Source of the DNA: an uncultured Candidatus Binatia bacterium
GTDB taxonomy: Bacteria; Desulfobacterota; Binatia; UBA9968; CAXXLF01
Direction: 5' to 3'
DNA: 64,000 nt
NCBI GenBank assembly: GCA_965218425.1
Contig: OZ244621.1
Span: forward strand, 2,336,001 to 2,400,000
Each line of letters opens with the position of its first letter. Within the stretch, counting starts at the first letter, position 1. This document shows, in pieces, positions 43,927 through 53,927 of this stretch. The position numbers and the translations under genes are program-made. The notes under the pieces were generated by a model. The model saw only the letters and a list, made by a program, of their open reading frames with translations, ran no database searches and was not told where the DNA came from.

Positions 43927-44334
43927 CCTTAGAACAAACAGCTTGGCTTAAATGCTCCTGGCACCTGATTCCACGTGGGGTCGGATGACCCTTCTGCACC
44001 AGATTTAACCGGGAGTGTCAAAGTTCAACTTGTCGATAGGGGGTCATATTGAGCCCCATCCACCCAAATTCCCGTTAATCTGCACTAAAAAAACCTGTCG
44101 CTTAAGTGAGTCCACAGGCGAGACGGCAACTTAGGCCTCCCATGTCCCAATGGACCTTGTTGTCGTAAAAACGACAAAAGATGTCATAAAGGATGGATGG
44201 GAACAAAGGCTTTGAGTTCGATTATAGCGGGGAAAACAAGGATTTTTTCACGTTCAAAGCTATAACGCCAGAACACCATCAGCTCCCTGCAAGGTTCGGA
44301 AGGATTTGGCAGGGAGCATAAACCATCGACCTTC

Positions 44335-47067
44335 TCAGGGCTTCTGCATTTTCTTCAGCACGTCTTCAAGGCGTCTCAATTCATCTCCAAAACCTGCCCA
44401 ATTGCCCTCGCGCAGTAATTCCTGCGAGCGTTTGTAATGATCAATAGCCTGGCGGGCCAAAGTCATGTCTTCGCCGGGTTCTTCAGGCATGGCGGCTACC
44501 TTTGCCTCCAGATATTTAATCTGACGGCCGAAATGCTTTTCAAGGGATTCCTCCAGAGTCTCCTCCATTTCGATCCTATTGCCGAAAGCAGTGATGACCC
44601 GTTTGAGTTCCGGCAACGATCCTTTTTCGGCCGCGAGATAGAGAGGCTGAACATAGAGAAGTGAGTTCTCGATGGGGATGGCGAGCAGGTCGCCCCGGAT
44701 CACCTCAGAGCCGCCCTGCCCCCAGAGTGTCAGCAATTGAGAAATGTCGGCGTCCTGATCGATCCGGGCGTCGATTTGCTTTGGCCCGTAGACCAGCCTC
44801 GCCTTGGGGAAGTTAAGGGCAATGAGCTTGCCGTAGTTCGTTCCATCGCTTCGAGCCGCCAGCCAGGAGCGCATGTTATCCCTGTTGTTGGGAGTAAATG
44901 GCAGGAGCAGAACGAATTCCTCTTTTTCCTCCCCCGGTAGTTTCATAATGATGTAGTAGGGATCTATCTCCCGCTCTACTACCTGTTGCCTCGGTGCTAT
45001 TTGTCCTGGAATGGGTGACTGGGCCTGCGATTTAACGGCTTTTCGCGGGATACTCAGTAGGTCTTCCTTATTATAAAAGACCTGGGGATCCTGCATGTGA
45101 TAGGTGGCATAAATTCGTGCCTGGATGGCGAACAGATCCTGGGGATACCGAATATGGGTGCGCAGGTCTTTGGGCATATCCTCCAAAGGTGTGAGAAGGC
45201 CTGGAAAGGCCTTGGCATAGGTTCGCACCACGGGGTCACTGGGATCGCTGATATAGAACTTTACGGTCCCATTGTAGGCATCCACCACGGCTTTGACGGA
45301 GTTGCGTATGTAGTTTCCAACTTCAGGCACAGGCTCCGAATAGGGATATCGGTCGGAGGTGGTGTAGGCATCGATAATCCAGACAAGCTTGCCCGCTTTG
45401 TCGATGACCATGTAGGGGTCCCGGTCGAAGGTTAGGAACGGAGCAATTTTCTTGACTCGTTCCTGAATGCGACGGTGGTAGAGGATGCGGCTATCCTTGG
45501 TCATGTCATCGGACAGAGAAATTCTCAGCGAGGTAAAGCGGGCAGAAAACAGAAGTTTGCGCCAAAAAGATTTGAGAGGCACTCCCCCCTTGCCTTCATA
45601 GGTAGTGTAAATATTGCGGTCCCCTGCCGGGTAATCGAGCTCTTGAGCCTTGGTCTTTACGAAAACGTAGTCGTTGGCAAGCTCACCGTAGTATACCTCG
45701 GGCCGGCTCACCTGGATCGGACTATCAAACACGGGGGGGATATCCTTAATGAAAAACTCCGGGAGACCTTCGGGGGTCACCTTATTGACCGGGCCGAGAA
45801 CTGCACCATAACCGTGGGTATAGATCAGGTGTTCATTGATCCAAATCCGGCTGGGAAGCTGTTGGTGGGAGAGCTCCCGTGCCGAAATCATCACCTGGCG
45901 ATAGTTGCCGTCGATCAGATAACGGTCGTTGTCCACATTGACGAATTCATAGTAGGTGCGGAGCTGCTGAAGCTGGGCGTAGGTGGCTAAAAGAGGGCGG
46001 TGATCCCAAACCCGAATGTTTTTCACGGTGGCATCATTGCGGCGTAAATCTTCGGCGGTGAGACTCTCCTCCGCAGGAAATACCTTCTCCTCGACTTTAT
46101 CGATGCCATAGCCTAGTCGTGTGAAATGGATGTTGCGCTTGATATAGGGGGTTTCCAGAACGATTTCATTGGGGACCACCCGAAATTGTTGGAGGAAGGA
46201 AGGGTATGCGTAGAGACCCAGGAGGTGCACCAACAGCAATGCCCCTAGGCCTCCAAACAGGTACCTGACTCCAGGGCGATACATTTGGAAGACGGTAAGC
46301 CCAGCCGCCACCAATGAGAGCACCGTTAAAATTCGCAGAGCCGGAAGATTTGCGTAGATGTCCGAATAACTCGCGCCGTGGGCTGCTCCCCTGGGAGAGA
46401 AAAGCAATTCGTATGCATCCAGGAGGTACCCCCCTGCCTGGACTACCAGCAGAGCGGCAATGAGAATAAATAGGTGGGTTCTTGCATGCCGGGCGAGTGA
46501 CAGACCCTGCTCCGAGTAGTGAATTGCCCTATAGAGAAAATAAAGATAGCCGCTAGCGATGGCAATTAGCGCCAAGGTCACCAGCAGCCAGTTGTAGAGG
46601 GATTTGAGGGCTGGCAGCCAGAAGACAAAAAAGCCGATGTCATAGCCGAACAGGGGATCCTCAATGCCAAAAGGGATTGAGTTGAAAAAGAGTAGCGCAG
46701 GTTTCCATTGGGCAGCGGCCTGGGGCGCAGCGAGAAATCCCATCAGGATGGTCACTGGCAACAACAAACGTCGGATCAGCGGGTCGATGACTTCCGGGCT
46801 TGGCAGGTCCAAGCCGCCTTGAATATGCAGCAACCAGTCTTCGCTGGGAAGCCGGGCGGCGATCCTAAGATTGAAGTACAAAAATAGAAAGAAAAGGCCG
46901 CCAAAGAGCGTGCCCAGGGTGGCCTTAATGGCTAATGTCTTGGTGAATACCTGAGTAAACTGAACCTCCTGGAACCAGAGAAAATCGGTATAAAGGGAAA
47001 TGGCGTGACCGGACAAAAATACAACTGCAACAATGGCGAGAAAAATCAGCCCCAAATACCCCCTCAT
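44335..47067 (-). CDS. UPF0182 family membrane protein
   Basis: LYTDFLWF, DPLFGYDIGFFVF, NIRVWD, HLIYTHGYG, NYIRNSVKAVVDAYNG, LLYVQPLYL, LPELKRVI; GGAGG RBS before ATG 47067. Confidence 0.93.
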   Translation of the reverse strand: MRGYLGLIFLAIVAVVFLSGHAISLYTDFLWFQEVQFTQVFTKTLAIKATLGTLFGGLFFLFLYFNLRIAARLPSEDWLLHIQGGLDLPSPEVIDPLIRRLLLPVTILMGFLAAPQAAAQWKPALLFFNSIPFGIEDPLFGYDIGFFVFWLPALKSLYNWLLVTLALIAIASGYLYFLYRAIHYSEQGLSLARHARTHLFILIAALLVVQAGGYLLDAYELLFSPRGAAHGASYSDIYANLPALRILTVLSLVAAGLTVFQMYRPGVRYLFGGLGALLLVHLLGLYAYPSFLQQFRVVPNEIVLETPYIKRNIHFTRLGYGIDKVEEKVFPAEESLTAEDLRRNDATVKNIRVWDHRPLLATYAQLQQLRTYYEFVNVDNDRYLIDGNYRQVMISARELSHQQLPSRIWINEHLIYTHGYGAVLGPVNKVTPEGLPEFFIKDIPPVFDSPIQVSRPEVYYGELANDYVFVKTKAQELDYPAGDRNIYTTYEGKGGVPLKSFWRKLLFSARFTSLRISLSDDMTKDSRILYHRRIQERVKKIAPFLTFDRDPYMVIDKAGKLVWIIDAYTTSDRYPYSEPVPEVGNYIRNSVKAVVDAYNGTVKFYISDPSDPVVRTYAKAFPGLLTPLEDMPKDLRTHIRYPQDLFAIQARIYATYHMQDPQVFYNKEDLLSIPRKAVKSQAQSPIPGQIAPRQQVVEREIDPYYIIMKLPGEEKEEFVLLLPFTPNNRDNMRSWLAARSDGTNYGKLIALNFPKARLVYGPKQIDARIDQDADISQLLTLWGQGGSEVIRGDLLAIPIENSLLYVQPLYLAAEKGSLPELKRVITAFGNRIEMEETLEESLEKHFGRQIKYLEAKVAAMPEEPGEDMTLARQAIDHYKRSQELLREGNWAGFGDELRRLEDVLKKMQKP

Positions 47068-47136
47068 CTTGCCTCCATGAAAAAATCTCTGATTTCGAAA
47101 GCGTCCTAATCTATAGCAGTTGATGTTGTAAAGCAA

Positions 47137-47625
47137 CTAAAACTGAAGTTTAGGATGATGTACCAGTCTATGTGTAAATTTCGATGGGGGGATAAGGAGT
47201 GGAAAAGAACAGGGAATGGCTTTCACATTTGGCCGAGAATCGAGAAAGATCTCGAAGTGGTTAAGGGATAGGCCTAGGGTATTTTGGGATTGGGAAAAGA
47301 CAGCAGGGGCGCTACCTCCACAGTTGTACGACAAATACAAACATGGGCAGCGCTCCCCGATGCCGATCGAGCAAGCAACCCCAAAGAGTGTATCGCGAGC
47401 GATGCAAGAGATCAATGGCTTTGAGCGGCAGGGCGACTCTAAACCCATGGCCCGCCAAGCTCTAAAACACCCGGTCAAAAGCGGCTGGACGAAGAGATCG
47501 GAGTCCTTACCGGCAAACCGGGTGTGGAGCAAAATGTGGTAGTACAGACTCTTCTCCCGATGGGAAAGACCCGACTTTGGGAAAAGGTGGTTTTCCACCT
47601 CTTTCATGACTTGATCCCAATCCAC
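47137..47625 (-). pseudogene. Probable degraded gene; N-terminus resembles an HTH-containing protein
   Basis: GGAGG upstream; MDWDQVMKEVENHLFPKSGLSHREKSLYYHILLHTR looks protein-like, the remainder does not. Confidence 0.3.
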
Positions 47626-48020
47626 CTAGGAATACCTCCGAGAGATGTTTTGCAAAGCCACGAATTTCACCTCAGATCACATACACTGGACAGGACACCG
47701 ATGGGTTGAATTTTGTAACCTATTGAGATTATTGAAATATTGAAAAACCTAAGGGGGCTCGCAACTCTCGAAACCTATACAAATAATATCTCGCAAACGG
47801 CGCTGGAAAATCCACCTGTCCTCCCCCACTGATGGATTCGGAAATCATCCCCCAATGAAAGGAATTTTTTCCCAAGAGGCTTACACGCCTGCGTGGAATA
47901 TGGTAGAGGGATCTGTGCAACGCTAACGGGCTATCCGTTTATCCATTGGTCAAAGGTTAAGTCTTGACAACCGCTCCGTAGAGTCTGATAGGCTTGGCCC
48001 AAAAAAAGAAGGTGGAAATT

Positions 48021-49241
48021 ATGGCGACAGCTGCGAATGCGTCTCAAAGAAAGCTCAAGATCGGCGTTATCGGTATCGGGGTGGGTGCCTCAGAAATCCT
48101 TCCGGCGATGGAAAATATGCCTCAGCTTGAACTGGTGGCTGGGGCGGATGTGAACAATCGAGTTTTGGAAACATTCCAAAAAAGATATAACGCCAAAGTC
48201 TACAATAGCATCGAGAAACTCTGCGAAGACCCGGACGTGGATGCGGTTTGGATTTCCACACCAAACAAATTTCACGGTCCCCATACGATCATTGCCGCTG
48301 AGCATGGAAAGCATGTGGTGGTGGAAAAGCCCATGGCCATATCCATTGAGGAAGCTGAGAGCATGATCAATGCGGTGGAGAAAAACCAGGTTAAGCTTCT
48401 ATGCGGCCACACCCAAAGCTACGGTCCCCATATTCGAACCATGCGACGAATTATCCAGTCCGGTGAGCTGGGTAGATTAACGGCCCTAAACGTCTGGGCC
48501 TTTACCGACTGGATGCTCAGGCCCAGGACGGCGGAAGAACTTGACCTCGCCCAAGGCGGTGGCATGGCCTATCGGCAGGGACCCCATCAGATCGACTCGC
48601 TCCGCCTCCTGGGGGGCGGCATGGTAAGGAGTGTTCGTGGAACCACCGGGCAGTGGTTCAAAGGACGTTCGATTCCCGGATACTATGCGGGATATCTGGA
48701 ATTTGAGGACGGCACCCCTGCGAATCTTATGCATAATGGGTACGGGTACTTCCTTACCTCGGAGCTTGTGGCCTGGGGTACTAATCGTAGCCGGTACACG
48801 CCCGAAGAGAGGGCTGAGATCAGAAAAGGATTGCTTGACGGTACCAGGGATGAATTTCAGGCCAAGGATGCCATGCGTATCGGAGGCGCCCAGGAAGGAG
48901 CGCTGTTCCGCAGGGGGGGGGAGCGAAGGCCTTGGGTGCCCAATGACCTGGGGATCCTGGTTGCTACCTGTGAGAGAGGAGACATCCGGCAGTCCCAGTT
49001 TGGATTGTATGTATACAGTGACGATGGCGTGAAAGATGTGCCGCTGCCGGAGGGGGGCGCATCGCGTAGGGGAGAGTTGGAAGAACTCTACAACGCCGTG
49101 GTGCTGGACAAACCCATCCGGCATTCGGGTCGCTGGGGATTGGCTACTTTGGAAGTTTGCCTCGCCCTCATGCAATCGGGCAAGGAACGGCGGGAGATTA
49201 TGATGAAACACCAGATTCCTGCCCCGCCCGAGGACGATTGA
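48021..49241 (+). CDS. Gfo/Idh/MocA oxidoreductase (phthalate cis-dihydrodiol dehydrogenase-like)
   Basis: KIGVIGIG, DAVWISTP, KHVVVEKPMA, TDWMLRPR, QGPHQID, WGLATLEVC. Confidence 0.88.
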   Translation: MATAANASQRKLKIGVIGIGVGASEILPAMENMPQLELVAGADVNNRVLETFQKRYNAKVYNSIEKLCEDPDVDAVWISTPNKFHGPHTIIAAEHGKHVVVEKPMAISIEEAESMINAVEKNQVKLLCGHTQSYGPHIRTMRRIIQSGELGRLTALNVWAFTDWMLRPRTAEELDLAQGGGMAYRQGPHQIDSLRLLGGGMVRSVRGTTGQWFKGRSIPGYYAGYLEFEDGTPANLMHNGYGYFLTSELVAWGTNRSRYTPEERAEIRKGLLDGTRDEFQAKDAMRIGGAQEGALFRRGGERRPWVPNDLGILVATCERGDIRQSQFGLYVYSDDGVKDVPLPEGGASRRGELEELYNAVVLDKPIRHSGRWGLATLEVCLALMQSGKERREIMMKHQIPAPPEDD

Positions 49242-49299
49242 ATCAGAGCTTCAATTGAGAAGGGTGTTCGAATAGAGAAATTTAGAAAGGGGATAAAAC

Positions 49300-50289
49300 A
49301 TGCATAACGGACAGAAAGTGGTCGACGTGCACGGCCATATGACAACTCCACCGCAGTTCAGGGGGCATCTGGCAGGAATGGTTGCTCAAAATACGGCCGG
49401 TTGGGGGAACCTCGATATTTCAGATGAGCAGTTGGAGGCGGCTCAGGGGCGCCATCTTAAGGTCATGGATGAGAGAAACATTGATCTTCAGCTGTTGGGT
49501 CCCCGGCCCATTGCCATGTGGCAATGGTTGCGTCCTTTTCTCCAGGAAGACTGGTGTAGAAAAACCAATGACGTGATCGCTCGCATTTGCAAGCTACATC
49601 CGGATCGGTTTGTGGGCATGGCCCAGATACCCCAGAGCCGGGAAAAGGACACCCGAAACTGTATCCCTGAGTTTGAACGGTGTGTCAAAGAGTTGGGTTT
49701 CGTGGGGGCCTACGTGAATCCCGATCCTGGTGCGGACAAGCAGACACCCGGGATGGCCGATGAGTATTGGTACCCCATTTACGAGAAGTCAGTGGAACTG
49801 GATGCCCCCCTCATGGTGCACCCTTCCACAAGCCGTGATCCTCGGATCGAGCATATACCGGCGAACTACCAGATGAACAACTATACGGAAGAGTTCCTAG
49901 CCATGCACATCTTGGCCCATAGTAATGTATTTGAGGTCTTTCCGAAGTTGAAGATTCTCATTTGCCACTGCGGTGGGGCGCTGAACCGCTTCATCCCCAC
50001 AGACCACCACAACTCCCAGAAGGACCTCAGGAACAATCTGTTCTATGATGCTTGCGCATACGATAAAGACTTCCTGACCGCTGCCATCAAGCAGAGGGGT
50101 GTCGATCAGATGTGTTTTGGAACTGAAGCCCCCGGCTCGGGTGGGGCGAAACGCCCTGACACGGGGAGGCCTTCCGATGACCTGGTCCCTGTGATCGATA
50201 GCCTTGAGTTCTTAACCGCCGAAGACAAGCTCAAAATCTTTCAAAAGAACCCGCTAAAGGTCTTCACTCGCGTCAAGCTCCCAAGCTAG
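49300..50289 (+). CDS. Amidohydrolase_2 family protein (4-oxalomesaconate hydratase LigJ-like)
   Basis: DVHGH, QLLGPRP, ERCVKELGFVG..VNPDP, MVHPS, CHCGG, FGTEAPG. Confidence 0.85.
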   Translation: MHNGQKVVDVHGHMTTPPQFRGHLAGMVAQNTAGWGNLDISDEQLEAAQGRHLKVMDERNIDLQLLGPRPIAMWQWLRPFLQEDWCRKTNDVIARICKLHPDRFVGMAQIPQSREKDTRNCIPEFERCVKELGFVGAYVNPDPGADKQTPGMADEYWYPIYEKSVELDAPLMVHPSTSRDPRIEHIPANYQMNNYTEEFLAMHILAHSNVFEVFPKLKILICHCGGALNRFIPTDHHNSQKDLRNNLFYDACAYDKDFLTAAIKQRGVDQMCFGTEAPGSGGAKRPDTGRPSDDLVPVIDSLEFLTAEDKLKIFQKNPLKVFTRVKLPS

Positions 50290-50315
50290 GAGACGGACAG
50301 GCGGGGATGATACGT

Positions 50316-50347
50316 AAAAGGGGACCGGATCTTTCCGGTCCCCTTTT
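50316..50347 (+). terminator. Intrinsic terminator
   Basis: Perfect 14-bp stem AAAAGGGGACCGGA / TCCGGTCCCCTTTT followed by a T-rich tail. Confidence 0.8.
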
Positions 50348-50436
50348 GTCTTTTTAAAAACTCTTTTTGCTTGATCGAATCGGATTTGTATTGCCAACCT
50401 CAATGGCACTCCAGGATCCCCTAGAGGAATAATCCC

Positions 50437-51363
50437 ATGAGAATTGCGGTTCCTGACCTCATATCAAATTCCTATTTCCCGGTGATTGCCGCTGTGGAGT
50501 TGGGTTTTTTTAAGTCCGAGGGTTTGGACACAAAAAGGGTGGAGCTCCTGTTCCCGGTGCCAAAAACCATGGAAGCATTGCGTGATGGTGAACTGGATTT
50601 AGCGGTTGGCTCCGCCCATGCCACTCTGGCGGCGTTTCCCAACTGGAAGGGGGCGAGGCTCCTGGTGGCTCTGGCCCAAAGGATGTACTGGTTTCTTGTT
50701 CTCAGATCGGATCTTCGCGCCAGTCGTGGGGATATCAGTGCGGTCAAAGGCCTTCGTATCGGTGCGGCGCCGGGCCCTGATTTGGGGCTGCATCGGCTGC
50801 TGGCTGAAAGTGGCATCGACGAAAAAAGTAGCAATGTAGAGATCATGCCGATTCCTGGTGCCACTGGTGCAACGACATCCTTCGGCATTTCAGCCGCGAA
50901 GGCCCTGGAGGAGGGCAAGTTGGATGGGTTTTGGGCAAACGGGATGGGTTGTGAGGTGGCGGTTCGCCGTGGCGTCGGTACAGTGGTTTTGGATATTCGT
51001 CGAGGAGATGGACCGCCCGCTGCCCAGTACTATACCTTCCCAGCAATGGTGGCGACGGAAAAGAAGATCGAGGAGGATACCGAAGGCGTGGCAGCAGCGG
51101 TGCGAGCCTTGGTGAGAGCCCAAAAGGCGCTCGGCGAAAACCCCGATCGTGCCACCGAGGTGGGACGGCGCGTCTTCCCTCCCACGGAGGCTGGCCTTAT
51201 TGCCGAACTCGTTCGACGTGACCTTCCTTATTACGACCCCTCCATCTCCGAAGAGGTGGTTTCCAAGATGAACCGCTTTGCCCTGGAGAGTGGACTTCTC
51301 TCAGGGCCCGTGGCCTACAATCAGGTGGTTGAAACACGGTTCAGTCATCTTTGGACTGAGTGA
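50437..51363 (+). CDS. NMT1/THI5-like PBP2-fold protein (no signal peptide)
   Basis: SYFPVIAAVELGFFKSEGLD, GELD, KGLRIGAAPG, RALVRA. Confidence 0.8.
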   Translation: MRIAVPDLISNSYFPVIAAVELGFFKSEGLDTKRVELLFPVPKTMEALRDGELDLAVGSAHATLAAFPNWKGARLLVALAQRMYWFLVLRSDLRASRGDISAVKGLRIGAAPGPDLGLHRLLAESGIDEKSSNVEIMPIPGATGATTSFGISAAKALEEGKLDGFWANGMGCEVAVRRGVGTVVLDIRRGDGPPAAQYYTFPAMVATEKKIEEDTEGVAAAVRALVRAQKALGENPDRATEVGRRVFPPTEAGLIAELVRRDLPYYDPSISEEVVSKMNRFALESGLLSGPVAYNQVVETRFSHLWTE

Positions 51364-51383
51364 CAACAAAGAAAGGTAACGTG

Positions 51384-51806
51384 ATGAAGCTGACATTGGA
51401 AAAAGCCTCGATCATAGTGGACAAAAGCCTGGAAAAGGCCAAAGAGTTAAAGATCCGACCTCTATGTGTCGCGGTGCCGGACGAGGGTGGGCACTTAAAA
51501 GCGCTGAAACGAGAAGATGACGCGAGTATACTGCGTCCTCAGATTGCCATCGGAAAGGCTTGGGGAGCGGTGGGCATGGGGCAATCCACGCGTGAACTTG
51601 GTCGGCGTCTTAAGGATAGACCCGGCTTCTTACATTCCTTATCCGATCTGACCGATGGTAAAGTGGTCCCAGTGGCAGGGGGCGTATTAATTCTTGAAGG
51701 TACTTCCATTATCGGTGCAGTGGGCGTAAGCGGCGGGACATCCGACGAAGACGAAGCGTGCGCCATAGAGGGGATCCGGGCTGCCGGGCTGCAATTCAAG
51801 GCCTAA
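51384..51806 (+). CDS. GlcG/HbpS family heme-binding protein
   Basis: CVAV.DEGGHL, IAIGKAWGA, VAGGVLI, IGAVGVSG..SDEDE. Confidence 0.9.
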   Translation: MKLTLEKASIIVDKSLEKAKELKIRPLCVAVPDEGGHLKALKREDDASILRPQIAIGKAWGAVGMGQSTRELGRRLKDRPGFLHSLSDLTDGKVVPVAGGVLILEGTSIIGAVGVSGGTSDEDEACAIEGIRAAGLQFKA

Positions 51807-51837
51807 CCAATAGGGAATCGGATTGAAGATTCCTCGT

Positions 51838-52116
51838 GCAAAGGGCATAGCGCAAAGCGTAATAGGTTAACGGATCACTGACGACGGAACTACAAGAAAA
51901 GAAAGTAGTTAGCAGATGGCAGCGGGCAGGAATGAGTTCGGAGCTGATGGCTGAGAGCTGATAGCTTAAGAGTGAACGCTATGCTCTTTGCCATTCCTCG
52001 TCTGCGTTAATCTGCGTGAGTCTGCGGTTAAAATTTTTTTAAGAATTATTCTCTGCGTCTCTACGGTGAAATGTCCGAATCCTAATCTGCGATAATCGGC
52101 GAAAACCTGCGGTTAA
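51838..52116. repeat. Cluster of short periodic intergenic repeats
   Basis: 7-nt period GAGCTGA/TGGCTGA array (from 51941); 10-nt period TCTGCG trimers at 52001-52031 and 52086-52116, inverse relatives of 8349-8380; 23-mer shared with 8389-8411. Confidence 0.7.
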
Positions 52117-52152
52117 GTTTCTTTGGTCTCCTGGCGCGTCGAGGAGTTTTAC

Positions 52153-52497
52153 CTACTTCTTGTAGTATCGAATCTCAAAAGTCTTGCAGCCGTTTTGTGA
52201 ACGCCATGGGCCATGTGGCATGCCAGGAGGCCTGCAGGCGTACATGCCCTTCACAAAAGTCTGCTCTAAAGAAATGTCGAAGAAGTCTCCTTCCAGGATC
52301 CACACTTCTTCCCAAAAATCGTGCCGCTGAACCCCCATGGCGGAGGTATCGGTCCCAGGCTCAAAGCGTAAAATGCGGGTGTAATCGCCGCTCTCTGGGT
52401 CTTGGGAAAGAGTCTGTTCACTCAGACCGGGGATCCCGCCCACGGGCTTTGCTGGAATACTGGAAGGGTCATAAAACTCTCGCTCAAGTTTTGGCAT
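52153..52497 (-). CDS. Cupin domain protein (ChrR-like)
   Basis: TRILRFEPG, HDFWEEVWILEG, YACRPPGMPHGPW. Confidence 0.85.
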   Translation of the reverse strand: MPKLEREFYDPSSIPAKPVGGIPGLSEQTLSQDPESGDYTRILRFEPGTDTSAMGVQRHDFWEEVWILEGDFFDISLEQTFVKGMYACRPPGMPHGPWRSQNGCKTFEIRYYKK

Positions 52498-52662
52498 AGT
52501 GATACTCGTCTGACGTTTAAATTAGCTTCATGAGTTAATGGATGATCCGGAACGCTCTGAACCCCGCTTTAACTTTGATTTGAGAGCTGACAACTCTTGA
52601 TGGAAAGCGTTCGCCTGCCGTTCCTATGACATTTCAGTGTTGGACTACGTCCGATAGTGTCA

Positions 52663-53119
52663 TCACTTTTTCTGCATGAGAACCTTATTGAAGAATTTGT
52701 TTACCGGTCTTTGATTTGATCTTTCCGGGGTGGACATGACAAAATAATTGACCCCTTCCTTTCGGCGTCGCCACTCAGGTATGGGGTCCTTTGGGATATC
52801 AGTTCTCAGTGATTCCACAACTGAATCCTGACTATTGACGATCTTCTGGTAGGTTATTTGACCCTCGCGAGAAAGGATCCAATTAATGAAGACCTTGGCG
52901 GCATTGGGATGAGGGGTCTGTTTGATGCGGATAATGGAGCCCGTTCCCCCCTAGGGAAAGGGAGGGTGTCTCTTTCCATCGGACGGTTTCGAACTCGTCA
53001 ACGGGAAGGCCTTGGCCGCGAGCAATCCTTGCATCGTTACACCAAATGCATATGGAATATTTCCCCACTACGAGCCAATCCGCAGCCTGCCTCCTGTCCC
53101 GGCTCACGGTCACTTCCAT
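52663..53119 (-). pseudogene. C-terminal remnant of an ABC-type extracellular solute-binding protein
   Basis: VTVSRDRRQAADWL..GLPV, then a frameshift to IKQTPHPNAAKVFINWILSREGQ..SLRTDIPKD. Confidence 0.75.
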
Positions 53120-53468
53120 TTCCCCAAAGAGTTATTGATTCTCATCCAAGATTGTGTAGTCGAGCCGCTATGGTTTTGGCTGTTTAGCTGAATTTCGCAA
53201 AGAATTGGCGTGACGGCGAATCAAATCCCTCGTGCTTAAATTTGGTTCACTGCTCTGGTGCTTACTCTTCTTCAAGTTGCCTGTCAATGGCGATGGGTGA
53301 TGAAAAAACATCATAGTGAAGAGGTAAGAAATCACGCAACATGTAGATGCGTCGGTAAAAAATTCTATAACATCTTGTTTTTTTGACGCAAACTAGGTTG
53401 GTGAGTATGGAAATTCACTACACGCTAACAAAAGTTCAAAAAATTTTTTCGCAAAGGGGAAATAACAA

Positions 53469-53759
53469 ATGGATCAAGTCGAACAGGGCCTGTCAGGTCT
53501 GACTGAACTCATCGATCGCTATGGAAAGGAGATCCGGGGTATTTCGGAGGAAGCCCTGGACGGGGGCCGCGAGCCTTCTGCCGAAGAATTCCGTAGCCGC
53601 ATTACGGGAATCCCGGGCCGCATCTATCGTGAGGCCTTGGAAGTCTACGATCGTCTCGCCGGTTGCGGTGCTGAGATTGAGCAGGAGTTGTTGAGCAAGC
53701 TCAATCAGGTCAAAGGGACTATGGACGCGCGGCAGTGCTTGAGGAGGTTATCAGGGTAG
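53469..53759 (+). CDS. Hypothetical alpha-helical protein
   Basis: AAGGGGA RBS, AT-rich upstream region, downstream hairpin. Confidence 0.6.
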   Translation: MDQVEQGLSGLTELIDRYGKEIRGISEEALDGGREPSAEEFRSRITGIPGRIYREALEVYDRLAGCGAEIEQELLSKLNQVKGTMDARQCLRRLSG

Positions 53760-53840
53760 TGGTGACGGGGCGGTAGACCGACCGAAGTCGTAGATCATTC
53801 GCGCCGGTTATCAACAGGCGCAATTCAAAACAAAGCTTCG

Positions 53841-53888
53841 ATGAAAAGGCCGCCCTCATCCTAATAATAAGAGGGGCGACCTTTTCAT
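53841..53888. terminator. Bidirectional terminator-like hairpin
   Basis: ATGAAAAGG.CGCCC / GGGCG.CCTTTTCAT between convergent genes. Confidence 0.6.
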
Positions 53889-53927
53889 TTATTGTGGCGT
53901 TATCAGGCCCTTTAGAGCGTTAACCGC

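Noticed and set aside
43930..44330. Imperfect inverted repeats and a small hairpin between DUF1232 and UPF0182
   Set aside because: Pairings are weak and gapped; no recognisable RNA family or IS end
47216..47542. 108-aa plus-strand ORF
   Set aside because: No family motif and overlaps a more protein-like minus-strand remnant; cannot be supported
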